Assembly (NCBI GenBank): GCA_963663965.2
Contig: CAXXFK010000015.1
Location: 1 to 64,000 of the forward strand
Direction of reading: 5' to 3'
DNA: 64,000 bases
Source of the DNA: Sedimentisphaerales bacterium
GTDB taxonomy: Bacteria; Planctomycetota; Phycisphaerae; Sedimentisphaerales; SM23-30
Shown here: piece by piece, positions 9,748 through 20,222 of the stretch
Layout: each line of letters begins with the position of its first letter
Position numbering within the stretch: position 1 is the stretch's first letter
The notes under the pieces: model-generated
Seen by the model: the letters and a program-made list of their open reading frames with translations, nothing else
Databases searched by the model: none
Told to the model about the DNA's origin: nothing
Position numbers and translations under genes: made by a program

Positions 9748-10260
9748 AGTCTGTTGCACAAACAAACGTTCAATTTAAAAACCACACGGCTGGTTGAATT
9801 TCAGTTTTTGCGGGTTTTGGTTATTGTTCCGGGCCAGTTTGGCCGTTTGATGACTTTCGGGGGGCGAATGGACCATGGATTGGGTTTGTACCGGGTCAAA
9901 ATCGTCCCCGTTACACCCCGAATCGCGCCTGGCCGCTACGGAACAGCTTCAACAGGTTATGAGCGCTGCAGATCAGCGCCCATTCCCCTTCGCACATCTC
10001 CAGACCCCGGCCGCTGAACTCATCAATGCCCTGCACCCGCTTGATCTGGCCGAACACCGGCTCAACGGTTTGGCCTTGCAATTGGTAGATGGCCCGGCCC
10101 GCCTGGGTCAGCAGCTTGCGAGCCATCCGGCCGGTAGCCGACAAGCCCGCCGGAATCCGACCGCGTGGCGGCGGCGCCTCCTGCTGCGGTTGCAGTTCCT
10201 TGTGATTCTTTTGCGTCGCCACATATAAGTCCGGACTACCTGCTGGCGATAAGCGCCCAG
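9748..10260 (-). mobile_element. IS1182-family remnant (3' part of transposase plus one end)
   Basis: C-terminal DDE segment RMARKLLTQAGRAIY...VEPVFGQIK...RGL...EWALICSAHNLLKL (stop 9911); candidate terminal sequence AGTCTGTTGCACAAA at 9748; abrupt rise in GC; no N-terminus. Confidence 0.75.
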
Positions 10261-11270
10261 GATAGCTCCGCTCTTCAGCAAGGCCAGTCGGAGTGAAATG
10301 AAATACCACGAAAGAGTCCGTTCATAATGACCTGAGAGAACTGGAACGTCTGTGTGAGTCATTCGACAGTTCTATTCAAGACACCATTAAATCCAACCGC
10401 AATATCCTGAATGAATTCTACACATTAGGCGTGGGGATTTATGCGGCTAAGGAACAATACCTTACCAATGATACCACTGCCAGGAACGATCTGGAGAAAT
10501 TCGAAGCTATCCGAAAAAATTTGAACGAGATATTAGGCCTGTTCAGTCAGCAGGCAGAAGCCGCCATGAACGAGAAGGAGGAAAAGACCAAGGTCTTGTT
10601 AATGGCAAGCGACGCCAAGATTGAATCGTTAAACGGCACGTTAGAAGAACTGTTCAATCAGAATTATCCACTGGTCGTTGGCTCTGCGGCCCTGGCTGAT
10701 TTTACCATGCATTTACAGGACATCCTGCACAGCTACCTGCTGGAAAGCGAACCTGACAATCTGGAGGGAATTGGCAAAACCTTTGAAAAGACTGCGCGTA
10801 AATTCGAGAATAAGCAGCGGGTACTAAAAGGCAGGCTGATCAATGACGACATAAAAACAACGTTTGACGCCATTGCCGGAAAATTTCAGGAAATGACCGA
10901 TACTGTACTGGCTGAAAAGGGGATGTTTCATATCCATCAGGATTCACTCAGACTTAAGGGCGACCTGAATCGATTAAAGTCCGATCTTGAGTCCAAGAAT
11001 ATCGAGTTGCTCGAGATCAATAGACGTATCAAAGATTTCGCCCGGAATTTGAATGAACAGTCCCAGGCACAATCCAACCCAAATGTCGCCAACGCTCAAA
11101 TCATATTACAGGTCATTATTTTGACGGGCGGCGTTGTCAGCCTTATCGCCGGGGTGGATCAGGCCATTCGTTTAACGGCAACCCATTCCAGTCAATCTCA
11201 GAAATTGGGTGAGGAACTGGCAAAAATTGCTCAGACCCTGGTAGAACTGGTCAGCCATTTTCAGATATAA
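10261..11270 (+). pseudogene. decayed methyl-accepting chemotaxis protein (sensor domain plus C-terminal tail only)
   Basis: Frame is open upstream of the GTG at 10431 back to a TGA at 10299. A helical periplasmic domain and TM (IILQVIILTGGVVSLIAG) join directly to an MCP-like tail (ELAKIAQTLVELVSHFQI). HAMP and signalling hairpin are absent. Confidence 0.65.
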
Positions 11271-11307
11271 CAGGATAACCCTACAGGCCCCATGTAAATA
11301 TTGTTAT

Positions 11308-13380
11308 TCAGCTTTCCCCGGCTGATGCCCGGAATATTTGACGTTCACGATACTGCCTCCAAATGGACTCGAAAGGTTCAGAATGACGAACTACTTCTCT
11401 ACAAGAGATGTGGTGGCAACTGAAAAGATGTTCCTGTGAACTGTCCCATTTAACTTGCTGGATAGCGTGGCGTAGAGAGGTGTTTTCGGGCAGGAAAGCC
11501 AGTGGAGTATCGCGATCGGGATCTTTGATGTTGGGATGGATTACTATTCCGAAAGCCGGATCTTCAGATATAACCAGATGGGAACCGCGGGAGCCGCTGC
11601 CGGATTGGAGGAGGTCAACAATGGCTTTGAGAAAGGCGATGGATGTGAGGGCGAGATGGCCGGCATGGATTGCGGTGATGATGTCCTGATTTTCTTTAAT
11701 AGCCATACCTGTCGATTGAATCTGATGGTATAACCGGATGGCATCGGTAAGGGCTTGACGGGCGGTTGTCAGTTTACGGACATGGGCGGCGGCGGATGTC
11801 ATGCGCTGCTGGATTTGCATTATGGCCTGGGCGGGCGTGGGAGCAGAGGACGGACGGCCGGCGGTTAGATGGTTCAGTCGAGTTATTGAGGTTTCAATCT
11901 GTTGGAGGGTATCCGGCCCAATTGGCAAATCGGACACAGAACGGTCTCTATAGATAGCGGCAATGTATTCGGCGGCGCGTTGGGCGCCCACCTGGCCGGC
12001 ATTGAGCGCCGAGCCACCGGGACGTTTGACGCCGTGGGTACCGGCCATTTCGCCGATAACGAAGGTGTGCGGGATGCTGGATTCCCACCAGCCATTGACA
12101 CTGAATCCGCCGTTGTTGTGCTGGGCACAGACAGCAATTTCAAGAGGTTGGGTATATAGATCGATCTGATGTTCGCGATAGAGATCGATAGCCAGCGGGT
12201 TCATGTGGGCCAGGCGCTCGATGGGAAGCGTTTGCTGGGCTCCGGCGGCAGTCAGGTAATCAAGGGCTTCGGGATGCAGATCCTGGAGCCGAAATTCTGT
12301 CATTCGATCATTGCCCAAAGGATTCTGGCGGAAATCCATAAAGACCCGACGGTTCTGACTGGTTTCATTATAGACCAGGATATCGATCAGCGAGGATTGG
12401 TGGTTTTCGATACGCTGTGGATCGAAGGGCCACTGATAGCCTTTGAGGAAGATACTGGTGGCCAGATCGTCCATGGAGGGGAAATAATCGGCGAGGAAAT
12501 CGTGCAGCCTCCCCCCATCGCTGTCGATGCTGTAGATGCGGGGAATGGCCTGCATATAGGTACCGGAGACGTTCCAGCGAAACTTTGTACTGGCAAGGCC
12601 AAACTGGGTTTCGGTGAGATTTTCGGCAGTGAGGCCGGCACGCAGGGCAATGCCGTGCATTCCAGTCTGGCCGAGAGGGTAGACGCTGGTCTGGTAGAGT
12701 GCGCCAGGACCGCCGGCGGCCAGGACAAGGTTGTCACAATAAAAAAAGTTAAACTCTGGGGCAGTATTATGAATCGATTTGCGATTAAGCGTTAGAATAC
12801 CCAGGATACGACGATTGGGACCCTGGCCAATAGCGATGAGATCGACTGTTTCCTGATGGTCATAGATGGTGATCCCGTAACGCCGGACTATTTTTTCGAG
12901 GGCTTCACTCATGAATTTGCTGGTTTTGGGGCCGGCGGAAGTGGCGCGTTCGAAGGGGTCGTGATCGGTTTTGTAGCCGAAATAGGCGCCGTTAGCATCG
13001 TGAGGAAAGGGAACACCGGCATCAACCAGGCCGTAGAAGGCAGGTAAGGAGCCGAGGGCTTCGATCAGGGCCAGGTCGCCATGACAGCAGCCGGCAGCCT
13101 TCAGGCTTTGCGCAAAGCTAACCGCGGTATCCGGCGTTTCCGGGCTGGTTCCCATTTTATAATAGGTCTGTTTATCCGAACCGCTCATACGGGAGGCGCC
13201 CAGAGGCAAGCCGGCGGTCACTACGGCGATCTGCCGTTGGGGATTTTCAACGGAGGCATGATCCAGATATTCGTAGAGGCGACGAGCGCAGTTCATGCCA
13301 GAAGCACCGGCTCCGACAATAACGGTGTGATAGCGGCGAACAGTAATCGTCTGACCGGCAATATTGAGGATTTCGGACAT
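11308..13380 (-). CDS. FAD-binding oxidoreductase, SdhA/FrdA/NadB flavoprotein superfamily
   Basis: VIVGAGASG, LVLAAGG, QHNNGG, GEMAGTHGVKRPGGSALNAGQVG, SRGSH. Confidence 0.85.
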   Translation of the reverse strand: MSEILNIAGQTITVRRYHTVIVGAGASGMNCARRLYEYLDHASVENPQRQIAVVTAGLPLGASRMSGSDKQTYYKMGTSPETPDTAVSFAQSLKAAGCCHGDLALIEALGSLPAFYGLVDAGVPFPHDANGAYFGYKTDHDPFERATSAGPKTSKFMSEALEKIVRRYGITIYDHQETVDLIAIGQGPNRRILGILTLNRKSIHNTAPEFNFFYCDNLVLAAGGPGALYQTSVYPLGQTGMHGIALRAGLTAENLTETQFGLASTKFRWNVSGTYMQAIPRIYSIDSDGGRLHDFLADYFPSMDDLATSIFLKGYQWPFDPQRIENHQSSLIDILVYNETSQNRRVFMDFRQNPLGNDRMTEFRLQDLHPEALDYLTAAGAQQTLPIERLAHMNPLAIDLYREHQIDLYTQPLEIAVCAQHNNGGFSVNGWWESSIPHTFVIGEMAGTHGVKRPGGSALNAGQVGAQRAAEYIAAIYRDRSVSDLPIGPDTLQQIETSITRLNHLTAGRPSSAPTPAQAIMQIQQRMTSAAAHVRKLTTARQALTDAIRLYHQIQSTGMAIKENQDIITAIHAGHLALTSIAFLKAIVDLLQSGSGSRGSHLVISEDPAFGIVIHPNIKDPDRDTPLAFLPENTSLRHAIQQVKWDSSQEHLFSCHHISCREVVRHSEPFESIWRQYRERQIFRASAGES

Positions 13381-13462
13381 GCTTGTTCTCAGGATAAGTT
13401 AACGGAAATATACTTCAATATGAATAGCCTTCAATCAATCCAGATTAATATAGCAACAGCTA

Positions 13463-14236
13463 TTACAGGCGACGCAGATGGAAGCCGCCATCGGCATTGA
13501 TAACCTGGCCGGGACAGAAATCCAGTAAACCGGCGGCGATGGCGCTGACTGCCAAAGCTACATCCTTGGGCTGACCCCAGCGACGAATGGGGGTCAGTCC
13601 CTCGGCGATCATGCGATCATATTTTTCCTGGACGGCGCTGGTCATGTCGGTCTGGATGATGCCGGGACGGACTTCAAACACGCCGATATTAAATTCCGCC
13701 AAACGGTCGGCAAAAAGTTGGGTCATCATGCCGATACCGGCTTTACTCAGGCAATATTCACCGCGGCTGGTACTGCCGGTATAGGCTGACAGCGATCCGA
13801 TATTAATTATGCGACAATGGCACTCAGGATTCGTTTGGATTTGATCGATCATCCAGTTGGCAATTAACTGGGTCAGGAAAAACGGGCCTTTGAGGTTGGT
13901 ATTCATCACACGGTCATAACTGGCTTCCGTTGTTTGAAGGATATCCAAGCGCTGCTGAGGGGCTACACCGGCATTGTTGATTAACAGATCGCAACGGCCG
14001 CAGATTAATTTTGCCTGTTCGATCAGTTTCTGCCGGTCGGATTCAAGGGCAATATCAGCCTGAACCAGATGGCATGTACCCTCTGCTGCCTGAATTTCGT
14101 CCTGGATAGATTGGGCGGAAGCGGAGTCGGAACGAAAGTTGATAATGATACAATAGCCATCGGCGGCCAATTGGGCAGCAATACCTCGGCCAATTCCCCG
14201 GCTGCCACCGGTTATTAACGCTACGGGTTGTTTCAT
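13463..14236 (-). CDS. short-chain dehydrogenase/reductase (3-ketoacyl-ACP reductase-like)
   Basis: Start ATG 14236 (MKQPVALITGGSRGIG), NNAG, YCLSK, DGG. Confidence 0.92.
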   Translation of the reverse strand: MKQPVALITGGSRGIGRGIAAQLAADGYCIIINFRSDSASAQSIQDEIQAAEGTCHLVQADIALESDRQKLIEQAKLICGRCDLLINNAGVAPQQRLDILQTTEASYDRVMNTNLKGPFFLTQLIANWMIDQIQTNPECHCRIINIGSLSAYTGSTSRGEYCLSKAGIGMMTQLFADRLAEFNIGVFEVRPGIIQTDMTSAVQEKYDRMIAEGLTPIRRWGQPKDVALAVSAIAAGLLDFCPGQVINADGGFHLRRL

Positions 14237-14259
14237 TGGCAATTTCCTATTTACGGTCC

Positions 14260-15738
14260 CTAACTGCCCAATAACCTGGCACAGTAAGGTTTGACCATGG
14301 TGACGATATAATAAAACGCCGATGCCATGGTGATAAATATGGCGATCAACATCCCGGCATTCCACACTAAGGCTTTAGTTCCTTTGGGGATGTCATCTTT
14401 CAGGTAGTTTTTACTATTGTTCAAGATAAAGAAGCCAATATACGCAATCGGTAATAGTATACCACAAATCGCCGCAGTAGGGATGGCAATCCAATAGCTC
14501 ATTTTCTGCCAGAAGAGTACTCCTAAAAAGGCCGGTGTGGGGATGAGGCAGGCCATACGATAAAGCCGGCCGCCGGGTTCGACCTTGAACATTTCGCAGA
14601 CCGCGAATCCGGCCACGAGCATTTGCATGGAGATGGTGGTCATGACCATGCCGAGAATCCCCAGGCCAAATACGAGCCGGGCAACGTAACGGTTGAGTCC
14701 TGCCTGTTCGAGCATGGAGGCGGCCATCATGGGCGATAGCGGGGCGCCTTTAGTAATAATATCATCGACCTGAGGGGTGCCATAGAGGGTAGACGCACTG
14801 GCGATAATCATCAGGCCGGTGGCGATGCTGTATGGGATTAACATGCCGGTGAGCAGGTCGAACTGGCCGAGGCCACGGTGTTCCCTGCCCCATCGGCGGG
14901 CCAGCAGGGTATAAGGAAATAGAAACGTCATATTCAGGCCAATCGCGCCGGAAAACGCACCGACGATAAGTGATACGGTTTTTTTCTGAACAACGGGATT
15001 GTCTGAATGGGGAATGGATGGAACCAGACCGCGCCCGATTTGTGAGATAGAGATTTTACCTTTGATAAAGCCGTCGACCACCACCACCGCAAAGGCCAGA
15101 ATAATGAGCCAGAGGAAGATTTTAAGCGTCTTTTCGTAAATGCGTACCCCTTTTTTGCGGTTGCCGTAGTTCCAGGTAATATAGACCGACCAGATCAGAA
15201 TCAAGGCGCCAATAATCAGCAACGCCCAGCGTTCCTGATATATGGTGGGTTGCCAGCCGGTGATGGCTTTGAGGATATCTTCGGACATACCGGCGGCCAG
15301 GGCATATTGGGGAATATGCCAGATGATGGTGACCAGCAGACTGCTGAGAGCCCAGGTCCAGGCAAAGGCGGGATGGATGTAATATTTCATGGCATCGAAT
15401 GGACGACAGCCGGTTGAGAGCGTCTGATGCACGACCGCAGAGAGCATGATTACTCCTACGATCATGGCGAGTGGCTGAACCCAGAGTAACTGATAGCCTG
15501 CCAGAGCGCCGGCGAACAGGGAGGCGGCTGAACTGCTGGCGCCGAGGGTCATGGCGCTTTGCATCCAGCCGGGACCAGTCAGGCCGAAATAGGTTTTGAT
15601 TTTCGTACCCAGGCCACTGGATTCGACAGAACGAAGCAGCTCTTTTTCTTTTTCGAGGGATTGCGGATCAGCACCGCCAAACATGGGTAATCCCCGCTTG
15701 AGGTCCACCTGTCCATCACAGCATTGTTTATTATCCAT
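14260..15738 (-). CDS. NRAMP/APC-fold secondary transporter, probably not a metal transporter
   Basis: About 11 TM segments; GPGWMQSAMTLG and GYQLLWVQ; lacks the DPGN metal motif. Confidence 0.8.
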   Translation of the reverse strand: MDNKQCCDGQVDLKRGLPMFGGADPQSLEKEKELLRSVESSGLGTKIKTYFGLTGPGWMQSAMTLGASSSAASLFAGALAGYQLLWVQPLAMIVGVIMLSAVVHQTLSTGCRPFDAMKYYIHPAFAWTWALSSLLVTIIWHIPQYALAAGMSEDILKAITGWQPTIYQERWALLIIGALILIWSVYITWNYGNRKKGVRIYEKTLKIFLWLIILAFAVVVVDGFIKGKISISQIGRGLVPSIPHSDNPVVQKKTVSLIVGAFSGAIGLNMTFLFPYTLLARRWGREHRGLGQFDLLTGMLIPYSIATGLMIIASASTLYGTPQVDDIITKGAPLSPMMAASMLEQAGLNRYVARLVFGLGILGMVMTTISMQMLVAGFAVCEMFKVEPGGRLYRMACLIPTPAFLGVLFWQKMSYWIAIPTAAICGILLPIAYIGFFILNNSKNYLKDDIPKGTKALVWNAGMLIAIFITMASAFYYIVTMVKPYCARLLGS

Positions 15739-15771
15739 AGCAAACTCCCAAAAGCTATCTAAACTATTACA

Positions 15772-18435
15772 TTAACATAAAGCCAACCTGGCGTCAAGTT
15801 CTCGCGCTGCTCGCATGCCATCGGCAACTGCCGCGACAACGGTCGAGGCGCCACGAACGATATCGCCACCGGCAAAGACCATTGGCCGGGTTGTTTCCAA
15901 GGTTTCGGTACTGACATCGATTAAGCCATTGACGATACGAACGCCGGGCAGCATATGATCCAGTTGGGATGGAGAACGCTGACCAATTGCTTCTATGATC
16001 ATGTCGCAATCAATCTTATAGTTGTTATCCGGTTCTGCGATGGAACGACGCCTGCCGGATTCATCCGGTGATCCCAAATGGCAATGACAGACAGCAAGTC
16101 CTTTGATTTTACCCTGTTCCGTAAGGTAATCTACCGATTGAGTTAAAATAATAAAATGAATCCCAGCATGAATGGCCCGATCCCGTTCGGCAGGCCAAGC
16201 CGGCATTTCCTGATAGGAACGGCGATAGAGCAGATAAACATCGGAAGCACCCCGTTGGGATGCGGTAACCGCGGCATCCATGGCGGTGTTACCACCGCCA
16301 ATAACGGCAATTTTCTGGCCGGTTAAATCAAGGAATGGCTGAGTGCGGGCCTGATTCAGAAATGTCAGGGCATCGACCAGTCCATCATACTGTTGATCTG
16401 AACTACAGATAGACTGAGGAAGGCCCAGAGCAATAAAAGCGGCATTAAATCCCTGAGCCATTATTCCATCCAGATTGTTGGTGGGAGAGAGCTTGTAATT
16501 CCATATCCATGTCAGGCGATCCTGAGGAATCCCTTCAAAGATGGCCTTAAGTTCACGATTGAGGGTTTGGTATTGTCGATCAGCAGGTATCACAGAGTCA
16601 ATCAAACCGCCGGGTTGTTTATGGCTGTCAAAGAGAGTGATCCGATGTCCGGCTTCTAGCAGAACCGCAGCAGCAGCCAGTCCAGCCGGGCCTGCGCCAA
16701 TAATGGCAACGTTTTGGCCGGTAAATTGGCTGGGAATAGATAATTTCGACCAGCCATTTTTGTTGGCCTGCTCTGCCAGGTATCGCTGAATATCGGCGAT
16801 GGGCAAGGCCCGGTCACCAATAAAATGCTGAAGGCAATGTCCCTGGCATTGTTGTTCGACCGGACAGAGCCAGGCACAGATTTCCGGCAGGATATTGGCC
16901 TGACGAATCGTCTGCCAGGCGGCTTTTTCATCGCCATCCAGGAATTGCTGAATAAAACGGGGGATATCGATGCCCGCGGGACAGGCAAGTTGACAGGATG
17001 GTTCCTGACATTGCAGGCAGTGTTCCGCCTGATTTTTCAGGATAACCGGATCATTCTGGCGGCCTTTTTTAAAAATCGGGCCATAGATGGGATTGTCTCG
17101 AACCACGCAACCGGCCATCTGGCCGTCTCGCATGAGTTGGGTACAACCACTGCAACCCACGCACACTTTGTTTTTATCCATTTGCCCTTTGGTCAGTAAA
17201 TCGCGGGGAAAATCGGGATAAGCCAGGGCCATACGGCCCCCACCGACCAGACTGATCATACCAGTGGCTTTTGCCGCGGCGCCAACGTGTCCGAGCATGG
17301 TACGAAGCCAGCTATAGCCGGTACCAACGAATCTGATATCGGGGAACTGGCGCTGGACGGCAGCGGCCAGATCGATCATGCGGGCTACCCCCTTGAGAGG
17401 ATGTTCGGGTTGAGGATAAGCGCCTTTGATGGGCTGGTTAAAGGGCCGGCCAAAATGAGGATTGTAATAAGGGTTGGCAATTGTGAAATTGATGAGACGG
17501 ACACCCCGGTCATGCAACAACCGAACCAATTGCAAGGGTTCGGCAAGATCGGGTTGGGTATAGTCATCGGGATCGACCCCCCAGCCAAACGGGAACGGGA
17601 TGGCATCATAAAAATTCAAACGTGATGATATGGCCTTGTCCGGTCCGAGTTCGGCATGAATACGATCAATAACTTCCAGGAGGAACCGGGTACGATTATT
17701 AAAAGAACCACCATATTTGCCGGGCCGGTTACGAGCAGCCAGTAATTCATTGATCAGATAACCGTGACAGGCTTTAATATCAATAGCATCAAAACCAGCC
17801 TGGAATGCCAGACGGGCCGCGTGCACGTAGGTTTTCTGCAATTGATCCAGTTCATCATCACTTATCAAGGGATAATCATCCGGGATTCGGGCGAGACGGC
17901 TGGTCGTGGGAGAGCATTCGGGCGTCAGCGGATCGCGATAAGGATCGCGTTGCGGAATAATGGGCCGTGCAACGCCATCGGGTTTGGAATACCGGCCGGA
18001 ATGGGTAAGTTGTGCGACGATTATTGGGGTATGATCCTGGCCGTTGGCTTGTCGGGCGGAATCCCGGATCAACGATACCAACCTTTTAAAGGAATCGACA
18101 TTCTGGTTATTCAGCCACAATTGATGGGGATTGGCACGAGCCTGGGGAGTGATGGCGATGGCTTCAGCCCAGATCAGACCCGCCCCACCCGCGGCTAAAC
18201 GCTGATAGCGTCTCAAAGTCAAAGGGCCGGGAGATCCGTCGGAGCATCCATCGGCTCCTTCCATGGGCTGGATAGCAATTGAGTTGGGAATAGTCAGTGA
18301 ACCGGCGTGGACCGGCTCGCCCAGAATCGAAACATCCTGTTGTATCGGGATATGGCAACCAACCATTCGGCCAGTCTCGATAAAAGATTCGATACTATCC
18401 AGATGGAACTGCCAGGGTTTGTGGCGATTTGACAT
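15772..18435 (-). CDS. NADH:flavin oxidoreductase (OYE barrel) fused to a GltD/PreT-like FeS-FAD-NAD(P)H module
   Basis: QPMEG, QLTHSGR, DIKACHGYL, YGGSFNNRTRF, CVGCSGC; then CLQCQEPSCQLACP, CAWLCPVEQQCQGHC, GAGPAG, GGGNTAMD, FAGGD. Confidence 0.88.
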   Translation of the reverse strand: MSNRHKPWQFHLDSIESFIETGRMVGCHIPIQQDVSILGEPVHAGSLTIPNSIAIQPMEGADGCSDGSPGPLTLRRYQRLAAGGAGLIWAEAIAITPQARANPHQLWLNNQNVDSFKRLVSLIRDSARQANGQDHTPIIVAQLTHSGRYSKPDGVARPIIPQRDPYRDPLTPECSPTTSRLARIPDDYPLISDDELDQLQKTYVHAARLAFQAGFDAIDIKACHGYLINELLAARNRPGKYGGSFNNRTRFLLEVIDRIHAELGPDKAISSRLNFYDAIPFPFGWGVDPDDYTQPDLAEPLQLVRLLHDRGVRLINFTIANPYYNPHFGRPFNQPIKGAYPQPEHPLKGVARMIDLAAAVQRQFPDIRFVGTGYSWLRTMLGHVGAAAKATGMISLVGGGRMALAYPDFPRDLLTKGQMDKNKVCVGCSGCTQLMRDGQMAGCVVRDNPIYGPIFKKGRQNDPVILKNQAEHCLQCQEPSCQLACPAGIDIPRFIQQFLDGDEKAAWQTIRQANILPEICAWLCPVEQQCQGHCLQHFIGDRALPIADIQRYLAEQANKNGWSKLSIPSQFTGQNVAIIGAGPAGLAAAAVLLEAGHRITLFDSHKQPGGLIDSVIPADRQYQTLNRELKAIFEGIPQDRLTWIWNYKLSPTNNLDGIMAQGFNAAFIALGLPQSICSSDQQYDGLVDALTFLNQARTQPFLDLTGQKIAVIGGGNTAMDAAVTASQRGASDVYLLYRRSYQEMPAWPAERDRAIHAGIHFIILTQSVDYLTEQGKIKGLAVCHCHLGSPDESGRRRSIAEPDNNYKIDCDMIIEAIGQRSPSQLDHMLPGVRIVNGLIDVSTETLETTRPMVFAGGDIVRGASTVVAAVADGMRAARELDARLALC

Positions 18436-18636
18436 AGGTTTTATAAACTTTAAATCAGAACCATACTACTTACCAGGGAAAACACGAACCTTTCCCTGAC
18501 TTTGACATTGGCTATTTTAAGAAATTATGCGTGCATATTCCATGCGGAACCGGTACGATAGCATTTGCGTTTCTGGCAATTCTATTATTTACTGCCATAT
18601 ATTCTTATATTACAGTGCATTATATAAGTTTCTATT

Positions 18637-19476
18637 ATGTTCAAACCTATTACTTCTATATCTGAACTACCGGAATATGGTATATTAATCCAGAGTCGCA
18701 GCCATCATCCCAATGAATTGCCGTCTGATCATGCCCATGAGTTTCCATCTCTATTAATTATTGTGTCAGGCCAAGGCATCTGTCATCTGGGTGGTAAAGA
18801 GTACAAATTGAGCGCCAACACAGCACTTGCGTTACCAGCCTGGCAATCGCATCGTATTATCGATGTGCCGGGGAAACCGTTGACGCTTTTTACGGTCTAC
18901 TATCAGAAGAGGATATCTGATTTACATGATGAACTCATCAATCGCTTTTACCAGAAAACTACTTTGATCCAGTTGGAGCTATTTTATACCGAAGAAGTCA
19001 GGCATTTGATACGCCAAATGCTCTTTGAGTTGAAAAATCAACCTCCCGGATTTAAAATGGCATTGCAGGAACAGATGTCTTTGTTGCTATTACAACTTTA
19101 TCGCGCCAAATTGCATGGCGATCGGTGGCACGAGTATGAAGAGTCTTATCCAAGCAGCCAGACTCGGGTATGTGCGGTGCTGGATTATATTGCAGAACAT
19201 TATTACCGGCATTACGATCTGGGGAATGCCGCCCATATGTCAGGGATGTCACAACGCCACTTCAGCAATCTGTGCCGAAAAATCACCGGTAAAAGCTATA
19301 TCCAGTATTTAAATGATGTTCGAACGCAAAAAGCTGAATCTCTGCTGGTTGAGACCGGGATGCCGGTCTCGGCAATCGCCTTTGAAGTTGGCTATGAAGA
19401 TCTGTCTACTTTTTATCGCGCGTTCAAAAAACATCGACAGAAAAATCCCCTCGATTTCAGGATGGAATCATCCTAA
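18637..19476 (+). CDS. AraC family regulator (cupin plus double HTH), divergent from the flavoenzyme cassette
   Basis: HAHEF cupin; IAFEVGYEDLSTFYRAFKK. Confidence 0.93.
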   Translation: MFKPITSISELPEYGILIQSRSHHPNELPSDHAHEFPSLLIIVSGQGICHLGGKEYKLSANTALALPAWQSHRIIDVPGKPLTLFTVYYQKRISDLHDELINRFYQKTTLIQLELFYTEEVRHLIRQMLFELKNQPPGFKMALQEQMSLLLLQLYRAKLHGDRWHEYEESYPSSQTRVCAVLDYIAEHYYRHYDLGNAAHMSGMSQRHFSNLCRKITGKSYIQYLNDVRTQKAESLLVETGMPVSAIAFEVGYEDLSTFYRAFKKHRQKNPLDFRMESS

Positions 19477-19637
19477 ATCATTAACGGCAATGATTTCCTT
19501 ATCTGTTTAGTTTTTCAATAGTTAGCTAGATTACAAACTTAAATTAAAAACGAGCCAAGAATAGAACATGACTGATTAATGCAAAAAAAAAGATTTTTTA
19601 TGATAATTTAGAGTGGCCCAATCAATATTCTCTGTAG

Positions 19638-20222
19638 ATGGTAATTAATCGTATCACCGATTCGGATAAGCATGCTGACATGAAACAACCTGAGCCAAAC
19701 GATCTCACTAATTACTTTATAACTCTGCTAACCGCCAATCAACGTCGAATCTTCAGTTTCATTTTGAGCCGGGTGCCCAGTGTTGCAGAGGCTCAGGATC
19801 TAATGCAGGAAACGACTACTTTGATGTGGTTAAAATTTGAACAATTTACTCCGGGCACCGATTTTGTGGCCTGGGGTATCAAGATCGCACAACATAAGAT
19901 CATGGATTACCGTAAAAACCGCCATAACCAGGTAGTTCATTTAAGTGATGACGCGATTCAGGCGCTGGAACAGGAACCTCTGAAACGCCCCATCCATGAA
20001 GATGATCGAATACAGATTTTGAAAGACTGCCTGCGTAAACTGACCGATACTCAGCAGCAATTAATTTTACTACGCTATTACCAGGACAATTCAATCGGGA
20101 TCATTGCTCAGCGGATCGGCAAGAGCATACCGCATTTATATAAAATTATGAGTCGTATCCATGACAGTCTGCTGCGATGCGTTCGTCAAACCTTAGCCCG
20201 GGGGGACGATGGCGTCTCCTGA
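19638..20222 (+). CDS. ECF sigma factor (start may be ATG 19680)
   Basis: AQDLMQET, FVAWGIKIA, LRKLT...LILLRYY...IAQRIG; overlaps the FecR start. Confidence 0.92.
   Translation: MVINRITDSDKHADMKQPEPNDLTNYFITLLTANQRRIFSFILSRVPSVAEAQDLMQETTTLMWLKFEQFTPGTDFVAWGIKIAQHKIMDYRKNRHNQVVHLSDDAIQALEQEPLKRPIHEDDRIQILKDCLRKLTDTQQQLILLRYYQDNSIGIIAQRIGKSIPHLYKIMSRIHDSLLRCVRQTLARGDDGVS

Noticed and set aside
9754..10228. Plus-strand ORFs over the IS remnant
   Set aside because: They are antisense shadows of the GC-rich transposase fragment
14237..14365. Longer 300-aa SDR ORF start
   Set aside because: It overlaps the transporter 3' end; the Rossmann motif begins right after ATG 14236
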